A DNA stretch of 64,000 bases. It comes from Leptogorgia sarmentosa. Lineage: Eukaryota. Numbering within the stretch: position 1 is the first letter of the stretch; every line of letters starts with the position of its first letter. This document shows positions 11,994-23,419 of this stretch, piece by piece. The stretch is taken from the NCBI GenBank assembly GCA_964658305.1, contig OZ210884.1, positions 4,402,001 to 4,466,000 on the forward strand, in the 5' to 3' direction. Under the pieces are notes generated by a model. The model did no database searches, was not told where the DNA came from, and worked only from the letters and a program-made list of their open reading frames with translations. Both the position numbers and the translations under genes were made by a program.

Positions 11994-12307
11994 TATAGCT
12001 GCTGAGTACCATTCTTGATTAGTTAGGCGAGCAAACGGTTGATGCATGTATATTTCTATAAATTTCAGTTCACCATATTGAATTGATTTGTTCAGAGCGT
12101 CATGCAGTGCCATGTATGAATTTTCTTGTACATGCATGTTATTTTTTCACCATTGGCGATTATTGGAATATCGATTATCCAAAAATTCCAACTTTTTATG
12201 TTAACCTCTGTTGATCTGCTCTCGTTTTTAGTGTTGCTTCGCTAGCGAAGGTGTTTGGCACACTTGCCTTTAACTTTTTCACCTTACTAAGGAAAAGAAC
12301 CAAATCG

Positions 12308-15300
12308 ATGGAGACGTCGGAAAATTATCGCGTAGCAAGAAAATCTTGCCGCGTAAGTAACACCAATAGCGACCGGAAATGGAACTTCTACCAACTGGGT
12401 AGAATAAAAAATACATTCCGCATGCACATTAGGTCACGTCGCCGGTTTGTTAAATTCTTATTGATGATGGGCTGCTTCACAATACTCTTTTTCTTAATAT
12501 CTTCACTTTTAATGTACATATTTAAGAGTTGTGTCAGGCGGGCCTACAACACTAACATTACGTTCAACGAAGCTGGTGTAATAGATACAAGCAGCCGATG
12601 GAAAAAGCTTGGACTCGAAACATATCTATTCACTGCTTATATGGATGATCGTATTCCAGACTCCCCTCTAATATCAGTTTTGGGGTTTGATAGTCGTTCA
12701 GAACTTCTTCTTGATGGCACGTTGTTGCTTCACGGTGGCGAGAGAATTCCCCTCGGATCTTGTAAAGAGAAAAGAGCTCTAAACCCAAACTCATTCAAAC
12801 AACTCAAGCCCCACGCATATCTGTGGCCGTTACCGTCTCAGGTTACCAATGCAACTTACCTAAAGTCGATCCTTGTACAACAGCTTCGTTCCATACCAGG
12901 TAATGCGAAGTAGACAGCGAGATACGGAAGAATACCAATGCAGATATTTTTTCCATATCTTCACCGTTTATCATTTACCACAAAATAAATTTGTTTTCAA
13001 AATGGCAGTGTTTGTCTAAGAGTGGTGAATCAATTTTTCACTTTGGTCACTGAAAAAACAACATGTTTTTATCGAGAAAATGGATAATAAATTAAATTTG
13101 GATTAATATGTAATCGTTCGAAAAAACTAGGATTATCGACCAAAAATTAACATTGCCAACTTGGGTTTATCACCATAAATTATAGTGAGAAGAAAATGAC
13201 ACTGCGCCTTGTAGATATGAATTTTTTCTTCTCGTGGTAAAATGAAATTTTTTCCTCTGACTAATAATTTTCATAAATTTATTCGTCAACTTGACAAAAA
13301 GAAATTAAGATGATGAAAATATCGTCAAGAAATTAAAATTAAAGGATATTTTTGCGCAATGATATTCAAAAATTATTGATATAAATTTAATGTATATTCT
13401 TGAATTGTCAAATTAACGAATGGATGCGGGTCGATCGACTAAGAACTTTATTTAGTTTTTCCACTTTTAATTCGGGTGACCTTTACTAACTATTGCAAGC
13501 ACTCCAAAGAACATTGATTACTATATTTACAGTGAGATAAAAGAAGTTATAATATTATGGTTATTATCGTATAATAACAATTAAGTTACATCCATCTTTC
13601 TTCTAGCAATAAAATATACAACTGTCTTAAAATTATCTGCGTTCAGAGGTTGTAATTTTAGTCTTATAAGAGGAGTGGGCAATCTGCTATAGGATCAAAA
13701 TGCACAAGTACCGAATTATGTCAGCTCAATTTTCTTCGTTTCAGATGCAACAGCAGTTGAAATCCAAATCAAGCTTCCGGTATTTTCAAGAAAATCATTC
13801 GGAGTTTGCATTGAGTCACCTTTATTCGGGCCTATGAAAGCGACGACCATTATTGAAAACATCGAAATTAACAAAGTGCTTGGTGCAGAATGGTTTACAT
13901 TTTACATCTACAAAGCTGATCAAGCAGTAATTCAGGTAGTCGCATATTCTTGTAGTGGCGTTGTGTGAGCTGTTCAACAGGGGGGGATTTTCAGAAACAA
14001 ATATTTTTCTTTTACCGCATTACAATTGGGCCGGTGTAACGGTATTTTGGTTAACAAGAGGGCATGGTCATAATAATCAGGCGTTTTTAGTGTGGCATTC
14101 TCAATTTGGATCATAATTTTAAAAATTTGCGCACCAGCGCGCAGAGCTAATTAAGAAGCAATTTGAATTGTGGGGAGGTGGCATCTGACAATGCGCCACC
14201 TTGATTGGTGCCGAGAGAGAAAATGTTGAACAACTAGAATCTTTAGAACGTTGGAAATGGCTATTTCATGATCGTATCAAAAGAATATTTGAAAGACAAA
14301 ATGGCTTGTTTGGGGGCAAGCTTACAGTAACCTAACCCGACCTTTCATTACTTTTTCCGGATGAGTGTACCGTTTCAACCAGTAAGGTTTAACGAAGGGT
14401 CGCGCTATAATTTGGAAAACAAAATGCATTTCTTAAGTAAAGCAGAGGTTAAATAATTATGTCTCAGTCAGTTCATCACTGTTCTCAATATGAGAAAAAT
14501 TATGGATACTTTATACGCCCACGTGAATTAATACCATCAAACAAAAGCAATAATTTTTGACATGATGATCAGCTAGTTTTTCCGATAACCGTTTGAATTT
14601 CCAAAAATTTCCGACAAGCCTCAATTTCTAGCGCGGGCCATTGCCCTCCCCTGCAGCACACGTGGACACGAAGCCACTACTTTTTTCAAAAGGAAACACT
14701 AATGTATAACCTGTAACCATGTGGCATAGTCAGCATTATTATTTCTTTTATATAGGTACTTCATGAATATGCGGCTGAAGGAACAGTTGAAATCGTTGTG
14801 AATTGGGGAGACGGTTTGCCTGAAGATGATGTGCATTATTATGGTCAAACACTGAGTATCAATGAATGCGCTTACAGGAATATGTACAGGGTAAATTACC
14901 TAGTATACACTGATTTGGACGAGTTCATTGTTCCCAGAAAATCAATTGGATGGGCGAACATGATGAAGGAAATAGAGAATGACAGATATGCAACTTATAT
15001 GTTCAGAAATGCATTCTTCTTCGAAAAAATACACAACTCGGCACTGGACAAAAGAAAAGGCATGGTGAGGTTTTCTCACAATGGATCGTGTGGCGTCAAA
15101 TTGCCAAAATTTTTAACCTCCGTCTATCGTTCATGGAATGTTTATGAAGCGGAAGTAAAGTCAAAATACATTATAAAACCTTTTTGCCCGTCCGTTTGTC
15201 TCGTGCACGAAGTCATACACAAAGGAAATTACGCCCTGTATGTTGTACCACCAGATTATGCATTGATGAACCACTATCGAACTTTTCGTAATGGGGAATT

Positions 15301-15430
15301 GCCGGATGAGGAAAACATAGAAGGCCGCCAACGTATTCTGGATTGGGTAACGGTTGTCTATCTAGAAAAGATTGCTGCAGGATTGAGCGGACGTTTGTGT
15401 CGTCCACGGAAAGGAAATCCTAACAAATAA
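12308..15430 (+). CDS. GT92/DUF23 glycosyltransferase, copy 3; exons 12308 (or ATG 12422)-12899, 13745-13935, 14756-15430
   Basis: TM segment after RSRRRF; CCA G|gtaat donor; 191 nt exon 2 as in copies 1 and 2; YYGQTLSINEC, DLDEFIVPR and MNHYR in exon 3. Confidence 0.88.
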
Positions 15431-15622
15431 AAACTTCAGAGAATTTAGACATTAATTTCAGATTGTGAAATATAATATAGAGTTGGAACATTTTTATCAT
15501 ATAGTGGCGGTGAGCAGGGACGTAACTAGAACGTAAATTTCGGGGCGGAGGGGAGGAGAGGGAGTGGGGGTATATTCACAGATTCATGTACGGATTGCTT
15601 TTCAAAACAATTCTAACACAAC

Positions 15623-15789
15623 CAGTGGTGTAGAAAGAACGATAATTGAGGGGGGGGGGAATATTCGTATATTCATGTTCTGCGTTATTTATTTCTTTTC
15701 AAATCCATTGTTTTTATCGTATGTGAACTCGAATATATGAATATGCCCCCCCCCCGACCGCCCCAATTATCGTTCTGGCTGCGCCACTG
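15623..15789. mobile_element. hAT-type MITE, 8 bp TSD AACACAAC (copies at ~40470 and ~62377)
   Basis: CAGTGG..GAACGATAATTG(G)n ... (C)nAATTATCGTTCTGGCTGCGCCACTG flanked by AACACAAC; nested in a related CAGGG... element starting at ~15515. Confidence 0.8.
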
Positions 15790-16804
15790 AACACAACAGA
15801 TTTCAGATTTGATATTATACAGTATGGTGGTCGAATTGCAGCCCCAAAAGCATATGACGAATAAATATTTCATATCATTTACGTGCATGCTGTTCGTAGC
15901 TATAAGGTGAGCTAGCTCATTTAGCTTGGTTGTTCCTTTTATATATTTCTAACTTTGTGTTCATATAGAGAGCAGACTCACCCGGCTAGGCGAGATCTGA
16001 ACTTCATTATTTATAAGCATAACCCCGCTCTAGGCTGGGATCTCAGTAAAGTTGGATGGACACTTCATCTCACCTGTACTGTCATGATTTGAATTATTTA
16101 AAAAATCAGAAAACTTTGACCTGGAATATGGTAATATTGTGGAACGGCAAAATTTAGAAAACATTAAAATAAACATTAAGATATGTATCTATAGTCATGT
16201 GAAAACAGAAATACTTCATGTCCCACTAAGCGATCTTTCCTCTAAACCGGATCATATGCACAGGTCCTTAGAATTGTATGGCGAATTCGAAGGTTGAAAC
16301 ATAAGCTAGGAAGTAAAACTTAAATATGCATGGACATTGAAGAGTGGAATAATAAATTTTAAAATTACGGCGAAAAGCATGTTTTCGCCGTAAAAGATTC
16401 TGTCTAAAGTATGGTAAACTAGTTTAAATCGGGACGATCAATCTGCATGTAGTTTCTTCTCACTATACAACGACTTTCTTCCGTTGGATTTAATAAATTT
16501 CTTTAGGCAAATTTAGGATGCTAAACGGTAAAATAAAGCTATATAAATTGTATTATGTTGTATCATGTGATGGCATGTAAACATTTGTCTAAATTATTTT
16601 CATAATTTTAAACCTTGTGAACACAAATCGTCTTTTTATAGATTGAATTCAATGATACTCACACGTGGCTCAAGACAATAATTAAGATTAATATAGCTAA
16701 GCAAGTCGTACAATGAAGTGTCACGATTTTTTAAGCCCAATACAAGTACAGTTCGGTATTGTGCTTTAAGAGCTAAATTACACCCCTCAAAGTGAGTGGC
16801 ATAT

Positions 16805-17095
16805 AATTAACAATTAGACTATGAGCGAATAGTCAACGAGAACGAAGTCCGATTGACTATTCGCCGACGGACAACGAGGTCGAGTTGTCTAATTGTTTTA
16901 GTATTCACTCTATGCCCAGAATTGTTTATATCAAGAAAATTCTTCAGAAACCTCGGCAAAACGCGAGTTTTCTGCAGCGGCCATATTGTTTTCCTTTGCT
17001 TTTTCGCGAAACGTCGTCTATCACAGAGTAGACAACGGCTGAGTAGCCAATCAGAATGCAGCATTTGTAATAGACGATGGTTGGGTGTATACTAA
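16805..17095 (-). mobile_element. Asymmetric-IR plus hairpin element, minus orientation, with protein stub (copy at 41650-41940)
   Basis: Hairpin ACAATTAGAC...GTCTAATTGT, then TTAGTATTCACTC inverted to the terminal GGGTGTATACTAA. AGCCAATCAG CCAAT box. Minus-strand stub MAAAENSRFAEVSEEFS* at 16984-16931. Confidence 0.75.
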
Positions 17096-17101
17096 GCTTT
17101 A

Positions 17102-17397
17102 TTAGTAGAATCATACTAGTATACTGTTGCAAATGCTGCAATTTGATTGGCTACTCTACTCGCTATCTATTCCTCGATAGATAGCGAGTAGCAAAACATG
17201 TGAATTTTCGTTAAAGAAAATGTCTTCTGAACGCGTTTTTAAATTATTTATTGCAATATTTTCATGTTTGATCTCTGATTCTACTAAAACAATTAGATTA
17301 CTCGCTCTCTATTTCTACAAGATGATAGTTGATTCGGGCTTCGCCCTCATCAACTATCACCTCATAGAAATCTCGAGCTCGTAATCTGATTGTTAAT
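17102..17397 (+). mobile_element. Second copy of the 9382 element, head-to-head with the 16805 element
   Basis: Near-identical to 9382-9677. Confidence 0.8.
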
Positions 17398-19468
17398 TAG
17401 TATTAAACTTAAGAGTAGTCTATTACATATGCAGCGAAACGACGAAATTGCGAAACTCTATTTGTCAGTTTAACAAAGTATAACTATTTACTTTATCGCT
17501 TCCCTTAAAATTAACTGTAACTTATATCTAACCACCCCCCACGCCAGTTTGCAGTGCTGATAAGGTCCGTTTTCTGTGACTGTAAGAAATAAACACTAGA
17601 CACCCATTTTGGAAATGGCTATATGTGCGTGCGCACACGCAGGTTTATTGATAAATAATGTTCCATAAATAATATCGCCGCAAGACCTCGACTCAGTTTG
17701 ATATTTTCCAGTACAGCCCTCACTCTCAATTCATTAATACTCAGGGGCGTAACTAGAACGTTATAATTGAAGGCTCATACAGGGTGAGTCAGAAAAACTA
17801 ATATTTTGAATTTCAAATTAGCTGCATTTCATCATTTTAATCCCACCGACGTTGCCTGAATATCCCATAGGTACGAAGCATGTCAAATAAAGAGACAAAT
17901 TAATATATCAATTCCCTGTGGAAGTCATTCTAATTGCACGAAAAACTTACTCTGAGCCCTCAGAGTCAGATGTATTATTGCATAGCTAATAATTAATTTT
18001 TAATGCGTCAGTTTTTTGTACTCACCCTGTGTATATTCGTGTTATGCGCAACGGATTTCTTTTGAAATCAGTTGTTTTTTTTAATTTCAAAAGAGACCCG
18101 TCGGCCATGATCATGCTGTCCTATGTGTATACTAACAGTTTACCGTCATCTAATTATGGCAACGAGCTATCGTATGGAATGACAACCAATCGACAACACT
18201 TCCAAAATTTTCTTCTGTCAGAATTCTACGATGAATAGGCGGCGACTTAACCATTCACTTGCTATAGACACGTACATTGCATACTCGTAAATGAAGTGTC
18301 TTTTTCAGCATAATTATTTATCATCTGCGCGGGGGTTTTGTTTGAGCACGCAGGTGCGAGATTGGAGAGCTTTGCTGTTCTGAAATTTGACTTGCTTTAA
18401 TGTTGAATGCCGACAGGTTAAAATATTTTGATGTGATTGACTGGTTGTTACGAAGCAATTGTATGTTATGCTGCATGTTAATATGACGGTGTGCCATAGA
18501 GAATGCGATGTTTCGTTGTACCAATGAGGCTGTGAGTATATACAATATTATAGTTTTGTATGCCTTTCATATCGCAATTAGATTGTGTTATGTAGCTCTC
18601 TAAGCATACTGTGACTGTACCAAACTGTAATTGTATTAAGCATAAAAATCGCGACACTTAATTCATAGTCTTATTTATTTATTATGAACTTTCATGAACG
18701 ATGCGAGAAGATAGGATATGCAAGCGTGTAATTTTAGTGTGGGATAGCTAAAAAATAATGGATATTTGCCCTCGTCGTTCTTGTTCCCACTAACTATCTT
18801 CTCTTTGTTTCTAACTGCCACAAGTGCTTCTAGGAGTACTAGAGTAAAGAGCGTGAATCATGAAAAATACAGTTTCTTTTTCTAATTAGTAATATGCGTG
18901 GGAGAAATAATTAGAAACTGTCTGAAGCTTTTTCCCAGATTAAATAAGAAAATAACTTCGAATTCCGTTTTGAATGAGAAGTACGGTAGCCATTTCATAA
19001 TGTGACGTATTATAAAAGCGATACGAAGATTGATGTTCCATGATAATTATGTAAAAGGTCCCTCAGCTGTTTAAGGAAGGCTCTATGACATCGTATCGGG
19101 AATATTCACCGTTGAAGAGAAACTCTTTAATAGTATCTTCCATAATGATTTATTTAGATTTTAATGCATCGTAGCTTTGTTTTATACATATATTGCAGCT
19201 TATAATCCCACGCATATAGCAATGATAGTGACAGCTGCATCCAATATTTGCATTGATCATCGTGTTGAAATATTACCTCTAGACTATTAATTTTACAATT
19301 TACTCTAGTATAATTTCCTGTTGGCTATATAAGTTATCATTTTATGTTATATACTAGATATATACTAAAAATAGGCATGCATGTTTTCCATATCAACATT
19401 TGATGATAGCTGGAAGTCAACGAAACCTTTTTTTCAAATTGTGAAAAATGCAAATTTTATGGTCACAG

Positions 19469-21930
19469 GTTTGTTGAGAGTGCGCGAGAGATCTACGTTT
19501 CAAGAAACAAGAATTCAGATGGTGCTTGCTACAAATAATAGAGAGTATCATCTTTATTCCTCTTCAAGTGGCGGAAGAATTTTGGCAATGGTATGAGTTA
19601 AACCTTTTTAACAACTATGACGATCAAACTAAATTAAATAAGAATGAATAATTCAAGAAGCGAGAAAAATGACCGTTTATCTTTTAGGCCTAGGTCAAAC
19701 TTCGAACTTTTCATGTGCCGAATCTAATGTTAATGATCAAAGTTCTTTGTTTGAGCTCGTTTGCAATAGGTTCTGCGCATAAAAAGTTCGACGTTTGACC
19801 TAGGCCTTAGTGAAACTACTCGTCAACCAAAGATTACGGATCGTCAAGACTGTTCGCATAGTGTGTGAAACGCTAATTGACTGAATGTTTTTTTTCAGCC
19901 TGCAAATGAGGGAGAACAAGAGGCAGATAACCGAAACACCTGGGCACCAGAAAGACTTCTGTCACTTCTTTACGAACATCGATTGTTTACAGTTTTCCAG
20001 TCTGTAAAATACAGAGGATATTACTTATCCTGTGATGGCAGTGGCAAGGCAGTCTTGCAACAGATTATAAACAAAGCTTACCGTCAGCCTAATCAATTAT
20101 TTCTTACTATTGACCCAGGTACGTAAGTTTTTTTCTGATGGCAGTGCTGTCGGCGTATCTATAATTTGCAGGGTGATTGCTAAATTATAATTTGCTAAAT
20201 TGTTGTCATCTTCGCGAACAACTTATTTTGAAAACACTTGTTTCTATTATACAGGTTGTGAATATAAAATCCTTCCCTTCTCTAAGCCTAACCCAGCACT
20301 AAACACAGCCATTCGGCCTGCTTCAAGCAATGCCGTGAGAGAAAAACTCAGACAAAAGGAAAAACTGTATGTGACAAGCTATTTTTACTGTTTCTTAGGT
20401 TCCCTGAACGGTAACAAGAAATTTTTGATCCAGCCAATTTCAGGTTTACAAAAACTGAACCATAATTAAACTCAAAATAATCATTATTAATGTCTTTTGT
20501 TAGGAAATGCAATCAGAGGAGTTAGTTTCGGTGGTGGGAATTCTGCTGCTCGACGGAAACGTGAAGTCATAAAATCAAAAGCTCCTGAAGTTGGCAAACG
20601 TGTATTTTGGCAAACAACAAAGTCATACAAATCTACCAATTATAGACCACAACCACCCCCTCCACCACAACCTAACTTTCCCTCACACAGGAAACCATTT
20701 CCTACACGTGCCCCACCACCTAAATACAGCTCTGTGGCAACGAACTTTAAACTTCCCCAAAATATTACGTTCGTTTTATGCTTCTGGGTGAAAACGGAAT
20801 CGGATTTTGCCCAACTTATTTCCGTGACAGAGAAAGTTCCGGAGAAGACGTATTATTATCACTGGAAGCGAAGATTTCCACATTGGAAGCCGGTTTCCAC
20901 ATTGTATACGCCAAAGAAGAAGGATAAACAAAAAAACATTATTAACGTCAGCATTTACAAAAGTTTTTTGAAGCTTGAAATTGGTTACAAACGCATAGAG
21001 AAGTAAGCACACAGTACAAAGAAAAGGGTCTTTTGGCCATCCACTTTGCGAGAAATTTTGGCGAAAACAAAACACAGGGACCATTTTGGTTGCATCCATG
21101 CAGGGCTGTTCTGTTTATAATTTCTGCCATTTCCGAATAGAAAAGAGAGCTGGGACTATAGTTATTTTGTTTTAGAAGAAAAAAAATGAACAATATGCCA
21201 CACATGACATCTAGCCAGAAGTTTTCTTAAAGTTTTTCTAATTTCCTAAAGTTTTATGCGTAGCCCTTCTTGTCCCTCTAAACATGAACAAGTCCCAGTC
21301 CTTTGCTCGGTATTGGTGAATGGCTAGTTGAGGAGATGTTTTGGCTTGGTAAACATAGATTCACCCATGCAAAAAAATAAAAATCAAACCGTAGGCTATG
21401 TTTTTAACTATTTGATATCACGGTATTCCGGCAACCCATTAGATTGCACACTTCCATGAAATGTAATTCGAATTTACTGTAATAATTTTATTTTTAGAAA
21501 GGTTCCGCATTGTCCGGTGTCCGATGGGAAATTTCACCAAATCTGCATTTCTCTCGACGAAAAATATCGGATTGAAGCGTACCAAGACAGCGTTGAGCAT
21601 CTTAATGATACCTTGCCCGAGTTGGCATCTGATTTTGAAAACAGAAACAACCTGAGGACCCGCCGTGGTACGTTGAGGCTTGGTCGAGCACCCGGGATGA
21701 AAACGGCAACACTCGATGGCAGTCTGTTCCAGGTAAATCTCTGGGATCAATATCCCTCGTTCAGAATAAAGAGAATTGCCACTAACTGTGCGTGCGGAGG
21801 AGGGACTTTGGTTGGATGGGGTGACTTGCTGAAAGGAAGAATGTCCAATGCCAAATTTGATAGCGATTCTGTATGCCCCAAACTGGAAGGCTATAACTAC
21901 GATGAAATTACACAAAACAGATTGATTTAG
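19469..21930 (+). CDS. Spliced gene: FGF-like beta-trefoil, linker, RRKR/Pro-rich insert, pentraxin (LamG-like) domain; exons 19469-19590, 19899-20118, 20255-20410, 20504-21002, 21498-21930; first exon not found
   Basis: All junctions are GT-AG and phase-compatible (1/0/1/1/2). GGRILA, ERL..FTVFQSVKYRGYYLSCDGSG..QLFL resemble FGF strands. FVLCFWVK, DGKFHQIC, GTLRLG, GSLFQVNLWD and C..GGTLVGW match the pentraxin pattern. Confidence 0.68.
19687..19806. mobile_element. PIF/Harbinger-type MITE, TTA TSD, intronic (copy at 44537-44656)
   Basis: TTA|GGCCTAGGTCAAAC...GTTTGACCTAGGCC|TTA. Confidence 0.8.
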
Positions 21931-22642
21931 GCAGAAGGAATTGTTTTAAGGTACTTCAACATGAACGAAAAAGATAAATTAAAATCATATGACCAACTGT
22001 GAAACAATAAAACTGACAAGGTTTAATATATATTGTGTTATTAATTATCCTTTTTTTATATTTATATCGAAAGGAATGTGCTTGTATTCAAATAACAACG
22101 AATAAATTAATAGAAAAAGTGAAGCAGGAATATGTGGACTCACTGTAACTCATCTTAAATGTTTTATCATTTTAATTATTTTGCGACACAATTGCGTAAG
22201 CTAAATATATTGAATCATCGAACGTCATCTTAACATTGGTCATTAAACACGTATAAGTATCGTAGTGAAAAAAAAACCGCGAAGCTAGCAGCTTCACTCC
22301 AGAGTCCAGATAAATCTGAACTGTTGCAACCAGAACTGTTCCAACATATCGACTTATGGATCTTCGTTGATAATGATAATTACGGGGAACGTTATAATAT
22401 AATGACCCTATATCTTACATTGAAGTTTATTATGAGGATCGATCGCTAAATTGGGAATAATATTTTTTGAAAAATAATTTGAAAAATTCAAAACATCACT
22501 TGCAACATTACATTAATGTGAAATATTTATTCAATGATTTTAAGAATAACGCTTGTTTGTCTATTCATATATATTTTGACAGCAGGAGATTTTTAATCAT
22601 CGTTGTTATTCTAACAGTGTTTTTTAATCATCATTTATCATT

Positions 22643-23156
22643 CACCCGTTAAACAAAGACCTCAACGGGTAGTACCCGATATTTCTCAATTGAGAACATG
22701 GGTAGTGCCCACGCTGGACTATCGTCTAAGTAGCCTGGCCTGGTAAATTATGAACAGTGATTGGCCGGGTCTATAATCATATGCATTTAGCCAGGCTAGA
22801 GTGGTGAGCAGCGAGCTCGATTTAGCTCAAGTGGTAAGGCGCGGGGCGTGCGTTGCAGTTCTATAGTTCAAGCCCCGGTTCGACACATTTTTTCAGCGTT
22901 AGTGATGAAAACTTTTTTTTCTCAATATTTTTCTGACCACAATAGTCAGGGTTAGGATTCTAGGGTTTGGGTTGGGATTAAGGAAATTCTTAGTATATAG
23001 AAAATGGTTTATATCTAACACTATAATATAACTATATCAAGAGTAATACTGAAACGCCGATCAGCAAGCTTAGGCGATAGTCCAGCGTGGGCCTTACCCG
23101 TGTTCTCAATTGAGAAATATTGGGTACTACCCGTTGAGGTCTTTGTTCAACGGCTG
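22643..23156. mobile_element. MITE of the 3504 family, 7 bp TSD TATCATT; empty site in the duplicate block
   Basis: TATCATT at 22636-22642 and 23157-23163; a single TATCATT at 47468-47474. Confidence 0.92.
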
Positions 23157-23419
23157 TATCATTATGCTCTAAAATTCAGCTGCTAAACTGTCGGCTTACA
23201 TCTAATTTTTTATGCTGACTATATAGGTACTACCCTGTGTGAAATTTCTCCCTATATATAATTTAATAAGAATAAATTTCTGCTCCAATCTTGGCCAAAA
23301 TTGGTTCAAACCTACTGTCAAAATGCACGAGTTTTAAACACTGTTATCTCTGTTGCAACTACCATTAATAAAGTTAAAGCGTTCGAATCAATTACATAAT
23401 TTATACAACTAAGGGTTCT

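Larger units (their letters stand above)
9698..16180 (+). repeat. Older ~6.5 kb GT92 segment, duplicated at 53163-62942 (and from 31192 onward)
   Basis: CTTAGCAACTA..TAACGACGCACTCAAAGTCGC starts at 9698, 31192 and 53163. Homology to the last copy stops at AAATAAACATTAA (16180 / 62942). Confidence 0.8.

Noticed and set aside
12251..12307. GTG-initiated N-terminal extension of GT92 copies 3-5 from the ORF track
   Set aside because: In a eukaryotic gene the first ATG is at 12308; non-ATG starts in the track are not credible.
18290..18535. Candidate signal-peptide or first FGF exon of the FGF/pentraxin gene
   Set aside because: Hydrophobic and KQLY..LHVN fragments are suggestive, but every frame has stops and I found no phase-compatible exon.
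20776..21915. Minus-strand ORFs of 85-158 aa
   Set aside because: They are antisense to the pentraxin exons and show no independent motifs.
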